A DNA stretch of 63,068 nucleotides, the filler included. It is 6 parts of 6 records of this genome, joined end to end, with 100 filler letters (N's around TTAATTAATTAA, not from the genome) between each part and the next. Parts side by side here need not be neighbours in the genome. Positions count along the whole stretch, not along the records: positions 1 to 6,402 come from SRR31156797_16259; positions 6,503 to 12,243 come from SRR31156797_16269; 4 more parts are not named here. The stretch is one strand, 5' to 3'. A program made the position numbers and the translations under genes. Below, piece by piece: positions 1-8,347 of the stretch; within the stretch, counting starts at the first letter, position 1; each line of letters opens with the position of its first letter. The notes beneath the pieces were generated by a model that saw nothing but the letters and a program-made list of their open reading frames with translations, was not told the origin of the DNA and did not search any database.

Positions 1-166
1 CGCTAAAATTGCTAAGGTCGATCCCTAGAATTTCAACGATTATATTTTTGATAAGCCAAAATAAAGCTTTAAATCATTCTTAACCGAAGATGAGAAATTG
101 TTCGCCTTAGAAAAAAATGCGTAAAAAATCTGCATATTATATTGTTAAAGTTTACTTTACAGCGCA

Positions 167-199
167 GGCCATTGAGCACTTCGACTCCGCTCAGTGACC
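167..199. repeat. REP-like imperfect hairpin
   Basis: Arms GGCCATTGAGC (167-177) and GCTCAGTGACC (189-199) pair with one mismatch and one G-U, loop ACTTCGACTCC. From recall it resembles CTTCGACTCCGCTCAGTGAC-type intergenic repeats of Bacteroidota. Confidence 0.5.
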
Positions 200-495
200 A
201 GTAGGGGTGTTGGAATGTGCGAATCGAAATGGCCTCAATTCATTATTTATCTTTTAGTCTGTAAAAATGAATATTAATATTCTTCCATAATCTTCTCCAT
301 CACAAGCAACACTTATGCAAGCAATAGAAACCCAAGCCTATCAACCTTATTAACAATACATTAAGAAATCATCTTATTATGAATAGTTATAAACAAATAT
401 CATTTTTTATAGAGTGTTTATCAGTATTTTTTATATTTTAGCCATCGCGGAATTTTCATAGCTGATATTCCAAACGAAAATCAAAATCTACTATT

Positions 496-3400
496 ATGTT
501 AAAAAACCTAACGCTTATCGCATCACTACTCGTTATGATGCTTGCAGGTACCAACCTTTCTGTTGCTCAAAACCTGCAGATTTTGAATGAAGATGATGAG
601 AAACAAAATGCTTTCGAACTCGTATCTTCAACAAAATCAAACACTAACTTAAATTTCCAGTTAAATTCTTACTGGTTACAAGAAGTTCAAACACCAAACG
701 GTGCTGAAAAAATTGTCAATGCAATGGAAAGCGCACGCATGCTTCAGACAGGTGCCCCTGACTTACCATTGTTCTCTGCTTCTTTAATTATTCCTGATTA
801 CGGTAAAATGGAAGTTAAAATTATTAACTCCACATATACCGATATTGAGAATATTAATATTGCTCCATCAAAAGGTAATTTGACCAGAGATATCAATCCC
901 GATGAAGTACCTTACGAATACAGTAAAATATACCAGGAAAATACATTCTTCCCCGGCAATCTTGCACAAATCAACAAACCTTATATTGTAAGAGATTTTC
1001 GTGGTAGTGCACTTTGGGTACATCCATTCCAGTACAATCCGGTTACCAAAACCTTAAGAATCTACACAAGCATTGAGCTTGAAGTTGTGGCTACTGATAC
1101 AAAAGGGGAGAACGAATTTAATCGTACAAAAGCACTATCAACAATTGATCGTGAATTCCATCATATTTACAACCGTCAGTTTATTAACTATGACAACACT
1201 AAATATGACCCTGTAGCTGAAAATGGGACCATGTTAATTATTTGTCATGACGATTGGACTGCAGAAATGCAACCATTAGTGGATTGGAAAAACCTTATTG
1301 GTCGCCCAACAGAAATGGTTACTGTAACTGAAGCCGGTGGAACTGCTTCAGCAATTGCCTCATATGTAGAATCTTATTACAACGATAATGGACTAACTCA
1401 TTTATTACTTGTCGGTGATGCTGATCAAGTTCCTACTTTGAGTGGAGGAAGTTTATATGGAGATTCTGATCCAGGTTACGCATACGTAACAGGTGATGAT
1501 CATTATGTAGAATTTTTCGTAGGACGTTTCTCTGCAGAAAGTGCTGATGATGTTACTACACAAGTAGAGCGAACAATTGCTTACGAAGATGGTAGTGCAC
1601 TTCCTTCTGGATTTCTATCAAAAACTATGGGTGTGGCTTCACAAGAAGGTGGATCACAAGCAGACGATGGTGAAATCGATTACGAACATTATAGAAATTT
1701 AGCTACCGACTTATTAGGTTTCACATATACAGAATCACTGGAATTTTTTGAAGGTTCACAAGGTGGCAATGATGCTGCTGGGAATCCATCTGCTACTGAT
1801 GTTGGAGTAGGAATAGATTCTGGTGTTGGTATAATTAACTACACAGGTCACGGAAGTAATACTTCATGGGGTACTTCAGGATTTAGTAATTCAGATATTA
1901 ACGGACTGACCAACGACAACATGCTACCATTTATATGGTCAGTAGCATGTGTGAATGGTAATTTCGTGGACTTAACATGTTTTGGTGAAGCATGGATGCG
2001 TGCTACAAACGGAGACAACCCAACAGGAGCTATTGCAATTTTTGCATCAACTGTAAATCAGCATTGGGCACCTCCAATGGCAGGCCAGGATGAAATGGTT
2101 GATATCTTAATAGAAAGTTACGAAAACAATATCAGACGTACATATGGTGGTATTTCTTACAACGGATGCCACCTCATGAATGATGAATATCTGACCCCCG
2201 GTTTTCAAATGACTGACACATGGATTATTTTCGGTGATCCTTCATTATTGGTACGTACAGAAGATCCAACTGAAATGGTTGTTTCTTATCCAGGTGCTTT
2301 ATTAATCGGACAAGAATCATTTACTGTTACTTGCGATACTGAAGATGCATTAGTTAGTTTAACTATTGATGGTGAGATTTTAGCTACTGCTCCTGTTTCA
2401 GGTGGTACAGCTGAATTATCTTTTACTGCTCCTACAATGCCAGGCGAAATGAAAGTTACCATTACAGGATTCAATAAAGTTACGCATCAGGGAACAGTTG
2501 AAATTACACCTGCTGATGAGCCTTATGTGGTTATTAGCGGAAAAACAATTAATGATGCTGCCGGAAACGGAAACAACATGGCTGACTATGGTGAATCAGT
2601 ACAATTAGACGTTACATTAGAAAACGTTGCTGAAGAAGGTAGTGGATTTGATGCTACAGGAGTTGAAATGACTATTAGTACATCAGACGAATATGTGACT
2701 GTAACTGACAATACTGAAACATTTGGCGATGTTGCTGCCGGAGCAACAGTTGAAATGATTGGTGCATTTGCTTTTGATGTGGCTGAAATGATTCCTGATC
2801 AGCATGTTGTAATGTTTGACGTAGTTATTACAGGAGCAGACAAAACATATACCTGGAATAGCACAATGACTGTTACACTCAATTCACCAGAACTTGAAAT
2901 GATGTCCATGGAAATCATGAATGATGATGATGAAAATGGAAGACTTGATCCAGGTGAAACTGCTGACATTAAATGTGTTGTTGGTAATATTGGTCATGCT
3001 GATGCTAACGAAGTAATGAATACACTTAGTCTTTCAAGTCCTTATGTGACAGTGATGACTAATAACTTAACTGTTGGTGTAACTGCAGATGGTAATAACT
3101 ATGTAATGTATTCAGTTGCTGCCAGCGATGCTACTCCACATGGAACCACAGTAGAATTATATATGGTAAGTGCACAAGGTGAATATACTTGTGATGCAAC
3201 CCACACCATTACAGTTGGTCAACCACCTGAAATTGGTATTGGTGACGGGGAAACAGATTCCGGCAATTACCCATTCTACAGCTATTATGAAAACAACAAA
3301 TCTCAGATACTTTACTTAGGTTCAGAGCTGGGTGCAGGAGAAATCAATATTCAGGAAATTGCTTTTGATTTCAAACAAACTGATCCTGAGATCACAAATA

Positions 3401-4248
3401 TGACTGACCTAACAATTACATTCATTGAAACTTCAATCACAGAAATGGGGTCTGCATATGAGGATAATTCAACTGGTACTGTAGTATTCACAAATGCTTC
3501 TTACGCAATGCCTCAGGAAAACGGATGGCATTCATTCGACATCGAAGACTATGTATTTGACGCCAGTAATAACCTTATAGTTGAAATTACCTGGGGAGAC
3601 AATGGAGCTTATGGTGGATATGACAGTTTTTATAAAGTAAACAGTACAGCTTCAACATTTACATCAGTTACTTACGGTTACGCTGATAGTGAAACTCCTC
3701 CGGCATATGATGGAAACACTGATGTACGTCCAAACGTAATGTTCTACATCGAAGGTGAGCCCTCAGGTGATTCGTATAATGCTACATTCAATGTTACAGC
3801 AGAAGGATCGCCACTTCCTACTGCAGTTGTAATGATTGGTTCAATGGAAGGCGCTGTTGATAATAGCGGTGTAATGACTCATAGCTTAATTGAAGGAACA
3901 TACTATTATTCAGTACATGCTGAAGGTTATGCTCCTGTAGAAAACGTTGAGTTCGTAGTTGATGGTGACGTTACAATTGATATTGACATGGCTGTTGGTA
4001 TTGTAAGTGCTCTTACACAAAATGTAAGCATCTATCCTAACCCGGCTAAAGATCAATTAACAATTGATATGAACGACATCAACAATGCAGTTGTATCAAT
4101 GATTGATTTAAGCGGAAAAACAGTTGTGAACCAGCAATTAAATAGTGATAAAAATACGATTGACCTGTCAGGAATCGCTGCCGGTGTTTACATTGTAAAC
4201 ATTCGCACAGCTAATGACAACGCAATTCACAAAGTGATTGTAGAATAA
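496..4248 (+). CDS. Gingipain-like C25 family cysteine peptidase with propeptide, Ig-like domains and T9SS C-terminal sorting domain
   Basis: Signal peptide; propeptide motifs (GAPDLP, IAPSKG, FQYNPV); catalytic His (YTGHGS) and Cys (SVACVNG); LLLVGD, VGRFS and FGDPSL motifs; C-terminal IYPNPA...GVYIV...KVIVE. Confidence 0.92.
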   Translation: MLKNLTLIASLLVMMLAGTNLSVAQNLQILNEDDEKQNAFELVSSTKSNTNLNFQLNSYWLQEVQTPNGAEKIVNAMESARMLQTGAPDLPLFSASLIIPDYGKMEVKIINSTYTDIENINIAPSKGNLTRDINPDEVPYEYSKIYQENTFFPGNLAQINKPYIVRDFRGSALWVHPFQYNPVTKTLRIYTSIELEVVATDTKGENEFNRTKALSTIDREFHHIYNRQFINYDNTKYDPVAENGTMLIICHDDWTAEMQPLVDWKNLIGRPTEMVTVTEAGGTASAIASYVESYYNDNGLTHLLLVGDADQVPTLSGGSLYGDSDPGYAYVTGDDHYVEFFVGRFSAESADDVTTQVERTIAYEDGSALPSGFLSKTMGVASQEGGSQADDGEIDYEHYRNLATDLLGFTYTESLEFFEGSQGGNDAAGNPSATDVGVGIDSGVGIINYTGHGSNTSWGTSGFSNSDINGLTNDNMLPFIWSVACVNGNFVDLTCFGEAWMRATNGDNPTGAIAIFASTVNQHWAPPMAGQDEMVDILIESYENNIRRTYGGISYNGCHLMNDEYLTPGFQMTDTWIIFGDPSLLVRTEDPTEMVVSYPGALLIGQESFTVTCDTEDALVSLTIDGEILATAPVSGGTAELSFTAPTMPGEMKVTITGFNKVTHQGTVEITPADEPYVVISGKTINDAAGNGNNMADYGESVQLDVTLENVAEEGSGFDATGVEMTISTSDEYVTVTDNTETFGDVAAGATVEMIGAFAFDVAEMIPDQHVVMFDVVITGADKTYTWNSTMTVTLNSPELEMMSMEIMNDDDENGRLDPGETADIKCVVGNIGHADANEVMNTLSLSSPYVTVMTNNLTVGVTADGNNYVMYSVAASDATPHGTTVELYMVSAQGEYTCDATHTITVGQPPEIGIGDGETDSGNYPFYSYYENNKSQILYLGSELGAGEINIQEIAFDFKQTDPEITNMTDLTITFIETSITEMGSAYEDNSTGTVVFTNASYAMPQENGWHSFDIEDYVFDASNNLIVEITWGDNGAYGGYDSFYKVNSTASTFTSVTYGYADSETPPAYDGNTDVRPNVMFYIEGEPSGDSYNATFNVTAEGSPLPTAVVMIGSMEGAVDNSGVMTHSLIEGTYYYSVHAEGYAPVENVEFVVDGDVTIDIDMAVGIVSALTQNVSIYPNPAKDQLTIDMNDINNAVVSMIDLSGKTVVNQQLNSDKNTIDLSGIAAGVYIVNIRTANDNAIHKVIVE

Positions 4249-4269
4249 TACAAATCATATAAATAAATC

Positions 4270-4303
4270 AAAAGTCCCGGCTGGTTGTCGGGACTTTTTT
4301 TTT
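4270..4303 (+). terminator. Rho-independent terminator of the C25 gene
   Basis: AAAGTCCCGGC-TGGTT-GTCGGGACTTT stem-loop followed by a T run. Confidence 0.85.
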
Positions 4304-4458
4304 ATCTGCTGCCCCTTCAGGGCAATTTAAAAACTAATAATGTGTGTGTTCAAAAAGTCCAAATTCTACGTCAATGACGACTTCGAATGTATTTCGGACC
4401 CACTCAATTTGCATCAAACACTTAAGGCTTAATTAAAATAGGCGAAAGCGCAAGAGCA

Positions 4459-5091
4459 CTATTCCACCCACCTTATTAACTCGAAAGACTCGGCGTAAGG
4501 TACCGACATTTGTGTACCACGAACCATAGCAAGGCTAAAGTAGAACTCAGAAGATTTATAAACGCGAGCATTTTGAGACTCATATTGATCAATAGCAGCA
4601 ACTTTAGCTTCGATATGCTCCTTCTCTACCTTTACGTAATAGTTATTCTTAAATTCAATGTCATTCCAGGGCAGCTCATATCCTAAAACACAAGTGTTTT
4701 TAAACGCCCTTACACCCTCATTGTGAACAACTTGATGGTCTTGATGAATATCGACACTATTGGGCAAAAACACTAAATCAGGTTGTATCTTCTTTTTCAA
4801 CACAATCATTTCCTCTAAAATATCCTGTCGTGTTTTAGTAAAATATCGCACTTCGAAATTATAGGTAAACAAATGATCTTTGGGAATACCCAAAATTTCA
4901 GCAGATTTTCGCATTTCATTATATAGACGATGTGGATCACTTCCCGGAGGTAATGATTTAACACATGGTGAAAAAACGGCCCAATATATTTCAGCGCCCT
5001 CTTCTGCATATCTTTTCATGGTTGCACCTGATGAAAATTCTATATCATCAGGATGAGCTCCAAGTGCAAGTATCTTTTTAGCTTTTGTCAT
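4459..5091 (-). CDS. PIG-L/LmbE family deacetylase
   Basis: GAHPDDIE and DIHQDH metal-binding motifs; C-terminal K..AI..Y.SQ and AESF motifs. Confidence 0.9.
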   Translation of the reverse strand: MTKAKKILALGAHPDDIEFSSGATMKRYAEEGAEIYWAVFSPCVKSLPPGSDPHRLYNEMRKSAEILGIPKDHLFTYNFEVRYFTKTRQDILEEMIVLKKKIQPDLVFLPNSVDIHQDHQVVHNEGVRAFKNTCVLGYELPWNDIEFKNNYYVKVEKEHIEAKVAAIDQYESQNARVYKSSEFYFSLAMVRGTQMSVPYAESFELIRWVE

Positions 5092-5160
5092 AATATTGCT
5101 TAATTACAAGTTCTTTCACATCATTTGAAAGAACTCGTAAATTTCATTAATATTTTTGTG

Positions 5161-5194
5161 AAAACAAAAAAGCCACAAGAATTTCCTGTGGCTT
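5161..5194 (-). terminator. Rho-independent terminator
   Basis: Minus strand reads AAGCCACAGG-AAATT-CTTGTGGCTT then a T-rich run, just after the stop at 5214. Confidence 0.75.
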
Positions 5195-5213
5195 CAAATA
5201 TCTATGGTATTAT

Positions 5214-6302
5214 TTATTCTCCAAATGTTACTTCCAAAGCCTCTATCTCAGATGGATTATATGGAACTAAAGCAGGTAACCTTTCTTTAATTGTGATATA
5301 CGTATCATTAGGCAAAGAATCCGAATTGACAAAACCGTCCTGATCCACAAAATATGGTGGTACAATATGGTTTATATAATGTAATACAGCATTATAATTG
5401 TTATTTATATTTGGGTGAATCTGAAACAACTGCTCTGCCAAAACTTTATATGCTGAATGATCTTCAAGGATTTCAATACGGGAAGTGCTGTTGAATGAAC
5501 ATGGTGGCAAACCTATCTCAAATACTCCTTTCCGTTCACTCATATCACCGCTTGCCACAAAACTCCAACTAAACCCTACATCTTCCGTAATAAACTCTGA
5601 ATTTGGCAAATTAAAATTTCCTCGCAAATCAAGATAATGATCTTTCATCCCTGCAAAAATCTTAAATTTATCCATAGGTAATTCATGTGAAACAGATAAG
5701 TTTTCAATTGAAAACTCCATCACTTTGTCATAATCACGGCTATCAGCATGATCATAGTCCAGTCTTGCTTTAAACAGTCGACTTGAATCACCATAGAAGT
5801 AATCATCCAAGATTTGAATTATACCATGATAGATAATGATTCCTTCATTTGGTTCCAAGTTATAGAAATGTTGAAGATAAATTCCATTAGGTTCGTTACC
5901 CTGAGCTCCTATTCGACTTCTTGACACATAGTAATTATATAGATTATCTTCAAACATCACATTTTCCTTATACTCAGTTAGAATCGTATCGTAGTATGTA
6001 TAGCTAGTATCAATGCCTTCTTCGAATTGATATATATAATAAATCTTTTGTTCAATATGTTGAGCTAAAACATCACTGATACCAATATATCTCCTTAAAT
6101 CACGCACTATTTTATCCCCATCTTTCTCATGTTCATAATTACCATAATACTCATCCGGATTGCCCATGTATTCAGGAATAACAATTCTATAAGGCGCATA
6201 TTGGGGATAATATTCTCCAGGTTTAAGCTCTTCATCTTTATGACAAGAACTATAAATTGCAATGGTTAAAGCAAAAATTGATATAATTCTAATAAGCTTC
6301 AT
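5214..6302 (-). CDS. Hypothetical lipoprotein
   Basis: 362-aa ORF; basic N-terminus, hydrophobic stretch, lipobox-like YSSC followed by acidic KDEE; no family recognised. Confidence 0.7.
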   Translation of the reverse strand: MKLIRIISIFALTIAIYSSCHKDEELKPGEYYPQYAPYRIVIPEYMGNPDEYYGNYEHEKDGDKIVRDLRRYIGISDVLAQHIEQKIYYIYQFEEGIDTSYTYYDTILTEYKENVMFEDNLYNYYVSRSRIGAQGNEPNGIYLQHFYNLEPNEGIIIYHGIIQILDDYFYGDSSRLFKARLDYDHADSRDYDKVMEFSIENLSVSHELPMDKFKIFAGMKDHYLDLRGNFNLPNSEFITEDVGFSWSFVASGDMSERKGVFEIGLPPCSFNSTSRIEILEDHSAYKVLAEQLFQIHPNINNNYNAVLHYINHIVPPYFVDQDGFVNSDSLPNDTYITIKERLPALVPYNPSEIEALEVTFGE

Positions 6303-6325
6303 AACATTTTCATTTGTTCAGAATG

Positions 6326-6333
6326 CAAAAATA
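6326..6333 (-). promoter_or_regulatory. Bacteroidota-type -7 promoter element (TAnnTTTG)
   Basis: TATTTTTG on the minus strand 23 nt upstream of the ATG at 6302; no well-spaced -33 TTTG seen. Confidence 0.4.
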
Positions 6334-6382
6334 GTAATTAAAACAAATATAAAAAGAGCTGTCCAAAAAGTTAAAATTCCAC

Positions 6383-6402
6383 GTCATTACGAGGAGGAAC
6401 GA
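6383..6402. repeat. Probable start of an interspersed palindromic repeat cut by the contig end
   Basis: GTCATTACGAGGAGGAACGA resembles, from recall, the left part of GTCATT(A/G)CGAGGAG...GAAG(C/T)AATC repeats; it sits exactly at the contig break. Confidence 0.4.
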
Positions 6403-6502
6403 NNNNNNNNNNNNNNNNNNNNNNNNNNNNNNNNNNNNNNNNNNNNTTAATTAATTAANNNNNNNNNNNNNNNNNNNNNNNNNNNNNNNNNNNNNNNNNN
6501 NN
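6403..6502. other. Artificial contig spacer
   Basis: 44 N + TTAATTAATTAA (stops in all six frames) + 44 N. Confidence 0.99.
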
Positions 6503-7027
6503 AAGGAATACCCGGACTTCAAGTATGACGGGAAACAACTTTCCGATCCGAAGGTTTTCCAGAAGGCGGCGAACATCATCGCCACCAATTACCTTCACGA
6601 CGCACTGGCCATCATCCAGGAACGGGACAAACTGAACCTGGGTGATCTGATGGTAGACAAACTGCTTGCGACGAGAAGCCAGTTCTTCAATCTGCGGAAC
6701 AAGATCCGGACATCGAAGGACAAACTGGAAATCGCAGGCCAGCTCAAGCACCCGATGGCCGCTTGGGCAACGGTTCAGCTTCTGACGATCGAACGTGAAC
6801 TGTACATGGCGGAAATGATGCGGTTGGAGGAATCCCTGGAAAACCCGAGACAACAGAATAACCAGGGACGAAAAAGCAGAGGTAAGGATAGACAACCCAC
6901 TGAACGGGAAATGGAGAAAGCCAGGGAGGCCTACGAGCAGACGAAGAACTGGTTTGAGCAGATCGGGTTTGAAATCGGCAAATTCCAGTTCATGAACTCT
7001 GACCCGTTCATTCAGATACCAGAATAA
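6503..7027 (+). CDS. Hypothetical helical protein, 5'-truncated
   Basis: Frame is open from the contig edge (KEYPDFKYDGKQ...) into the listed 6650 ORF and is followed by a terminator. Confidence 0.7.
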   Translation, partial: KEYPDFKYDGKQLSDPKVFQKAANIIATNYLHDALAIIQERDKLNLGDLMVDKLLATRSQFFNLRNKIRTSKDKLEIAGQLKHPMAAWATVQLLTIERELYMAEMMRLEESLENPRQQNNQGRKSRGKDRQPTEREMEKAREAYEQTKNWFEQIGFEIGKFQFMNSDPFIQIPE

Positions 7028-7049
7028 CGCACAGAACATCAGAAAACGC

Positions 7050-7083
7050 AAAGGCGGATCGTTTTTTCGATCCGCCTTTTTTT
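7050..7083 (+). terminator. Rho-independent terminator
   Basis: AAAGGCGGATCG-TTTTTT-CGATCCGCCTTT followed by a T run. Confidence 0.85.
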
Positions 7084-7128
7084 CAGGTACCCTTACCGAT
7101 CTCCCCCGTTCCAAACATCCGTTTCAAC

Positions 7129-7177
7129 AAAAAAACGCATTCTACCAGTGCAACCTCCGTGCACAGATAGAATGCGT
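7129..7177 (-). terminator. Terminator of the small lipoprotein gene
   Basis: ACGCATTCTA/TAGAATGCGT stem with an inner GTGCA/TGCAC stem; T7 on the minus strand. Confidence 0.65.
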
Positions 7178-7200
7178 GTTTGATTCTGAATAGTGATTGT

Positions 7201-7434
7201 CTACGGAGTCGTCAGGGACGAGCTGCTGCTGGAGCTCGAACTGTCATCCTTATCCAGGCTGACGAAGAACGAAGTAATCAGGGTATCCGCCAGGGCATTC
7301 GAGGTGGATTCCAGACCCGTCAACATTGCATCACGGACGGCGGGATCACAGCCACCGAGTCCGAACATGGTGCCACCCATAGTGGTTGCCGCAAGCATAC
7401 TGAGCCATTTGGTCTTGAGATTGCGTCTTTTCAT
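7201..7434 (-). CDS. Small putative lipoprotein with poly-Ser tail
   Basis: GGAG RBS; basic N-terminus, hydrophobic segment, LGGC lipobox; own terminator downstream. Confidence 0.7.
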   Translation of the reverse strand: MKRRNLKTKWLSMLAATTMGGTMFGLGGCDPAVRDAMLTGLESTSNALADTLITSFFVSLDKDDSSSSSSSSSLTTP

Positions 7435-7592
7435 AATCGCGCTCCATCGTTTGATCAGCAGCCTCTAAAGCTGCCCGTCTATCAATTGTTTGCAAGACTA
7501 TTCTACATCCCATATACGGGCAACCTTTTTTTCAAGGCTCCCATAACATCTTACACATCGGAAGGTGTCCGGGTGCAGTTTAGCTATCGCCG

Positions 7593-7835
7593 TTAATTAT
7601 TTTGAAGGGTTTCGACACCAGGGAGACTCGTCGCCACACCCTCATCCAAGGTGGCAAAAACAGGCTTTTCCGGGCGAATCCGATCCTTCTTCAGCGGCAC
7701 GCTCGTAGTCGGTCGATCAGCAGCTCGCGTCTGGAATAGAGGGCTGGGAAGATCTGAGACGACAACCCGGGTGCTCGAGGAACACCCACCAATAAGAACG
7801 GCAACCGCTATGCAACTCAGTATTCGCCTGTACAC
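7593..7835 (-). CDS. Small putative lipoprotein
   Basis: AGGAG 8 nt before the GTG start; signal peptide with IGGC lipobox. Confidence 0.55.
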   Translation of the reverse strand: MYRRILSCIAVAVLIGGCSSSTRVVVSDLPSPLFQTRAADRPTTSVPLKKDRIRPEKPVFATLDEGVATSLPGVETLQNN

Positions 7836-8050
7836 AACACCATCTCCTGTCTTTCAGCGACACAGAAATATCGGATAAAAGAGGTGACGGAGTAACTGTA
7901 TGGTTGGATAGTTAAACAGGTTATCAGACGTCAGACAGATTTTGACCGAAAAAACCCCCAAGGATTCCCGAAAAACCTCAATTCACTCAGGCTATCGGTC
8001 CGAAAAAACAGGTAGAAACCCCAAGTGGGGAAAACTACGGAGATCGCACT

Positions 8051-8287
8051 ATGTCAGGCTCAGCAAAAACAGTATCGCCGAAAATCGCTGCCGAGCAGCT
8101 TCAACGATGGATCAACTCCATCCGCGATGTGCCTGATCTTCGATGGAGCAAGGTTCAAGCGGTCCGCAAGCTTATCAACCGCCAGCAGTACGATGTCAAC
8201 AGCAAACTGGACGATGTTGCAACAGTCATTACCCGTGAACTGACCTCCGATACCAGGAAAGACAATCCGGATCTGCAGACTCTCTGA
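8051..8287 (+). CDS. FlgM-like anti-sigma factor (C-terminal domain only)
   Basis: GGAG RBS; IRDVPDLRWSKVQAVRKLINRQQYDV fits the FlgM pattern P.vR..kV..i+..I..g.Y.v. Confidence 0.6.
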   Translation: MSGSAKTVSPKIAAEQLQRWINSIRDVPDLRWSKVQAVRKLINRQQYDVNSKLDDVATVITRELTSDTRKDNPDLQTL

Positions 8288-8347
8288 CAAAAACCTACCG
8301 GCTTTTCACGTCTTCAGTTACAATCGTTTTAACCGGTTGTAGATACA

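Noticed and set aside
6403-6502. TTAATTAATTAA repeated five times in the window as a biological repeat
   Set aside because: Always centred in exactly 44+44 N; it is a synthetic all-frame stop linker. ORFs ending in X runs are truncated by it.
7978-8006. Sigma-28 promoter upstream of the FlgM-like gene (TCAA-N17-TCCGAAAA)
   Set aside because: Spacing is too long and the -10 element has several mismatches.
8051-8287. FlgM-like gene as the missing flgM of the flagellar cluster at 50947-63068
   Set aside because: Different contigs with different apparent taxonomy; nothing links them.
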